From NCBI GenBank assembly GCA_035084275.1, contig CM068753.1:5890001-5954000 (forward strand): a stretch of 64,000 bases of DNA, written 5' to 3'. The notes below the pieces were generated by a model. That model did no database searches. It saw only the letters and a list, made by a program, of their open reading frames with translations, and was not told where the DNA came from. How positions within the stretch are numbered: position 1 is the first letter of the stretch; each line of letters begins with the position of its first letter. Shown piece after piece: positions 63,856 through 64,000 of the stretch. A program made the translations under genes and the position numbers. Source of the DNA: Hydrolagus colliei. Lineage: Eukaryota.

Positions 63856-64000
63856 GATTCCAGAATCTTAAAATGTAAAATACAGCTTTTTAACACTGAC
63901 AAACGGGCACTCAAGTTTATGAAGAGTAAGCTTGGTACAGGCAGTCAAGCTCTCTGCTGGGGAATAATTAATGATGTGAGAGACGAGGGGGAGAAAGAAA

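Overview
Vertebrate genomic DNA with introns. The repeat content (L2 LINEs, tRNA/Deu-type SINEs, CR1 tails, Tc1-mariner and hAT MITEs) points to a cartilaginous fish, probably a chimaera; this is inference. Four protein-coding genes were reconstructed exon by exon with canonical GT-AG junctions. They are TCTA (+, 3 coding exons, 102 aa), GLYCTK (-, 4 coding exons, 541 aa), WDR82 (+, 9 coding exons, 313 aa) and the last four exons of a PPM1H/J/M-family phosphatase, PPM1M by synteny (-). GLYCTK and WDR82 share a CpG-rich bidirectional promoter. WDR82 intron 2 hosts a let-7g-type microRNA hairpin whose mature arm is non-canonical (AGAGGUAGUUGUUUGUACAGUU). Other points worth checking: a 19-bp duplication of the WDR82 exon 5 acceptor that creates a decoy acceptor/donor pair; a decayed copy of the GLYCTK C-terminal coding sequence downstream of its stop; TCTA lying where mammals have miR-135a-1, which I could not find; an RFX/forkhead promoter suggesting a divergent ciliary gene at the left edge; and several DNA-transposon relics. 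Most short ORFs in the track are spurious or L2-derived. Comparisons to human sequences are from memory, not from database searches. I see no convincing wholly new multi-gene system.
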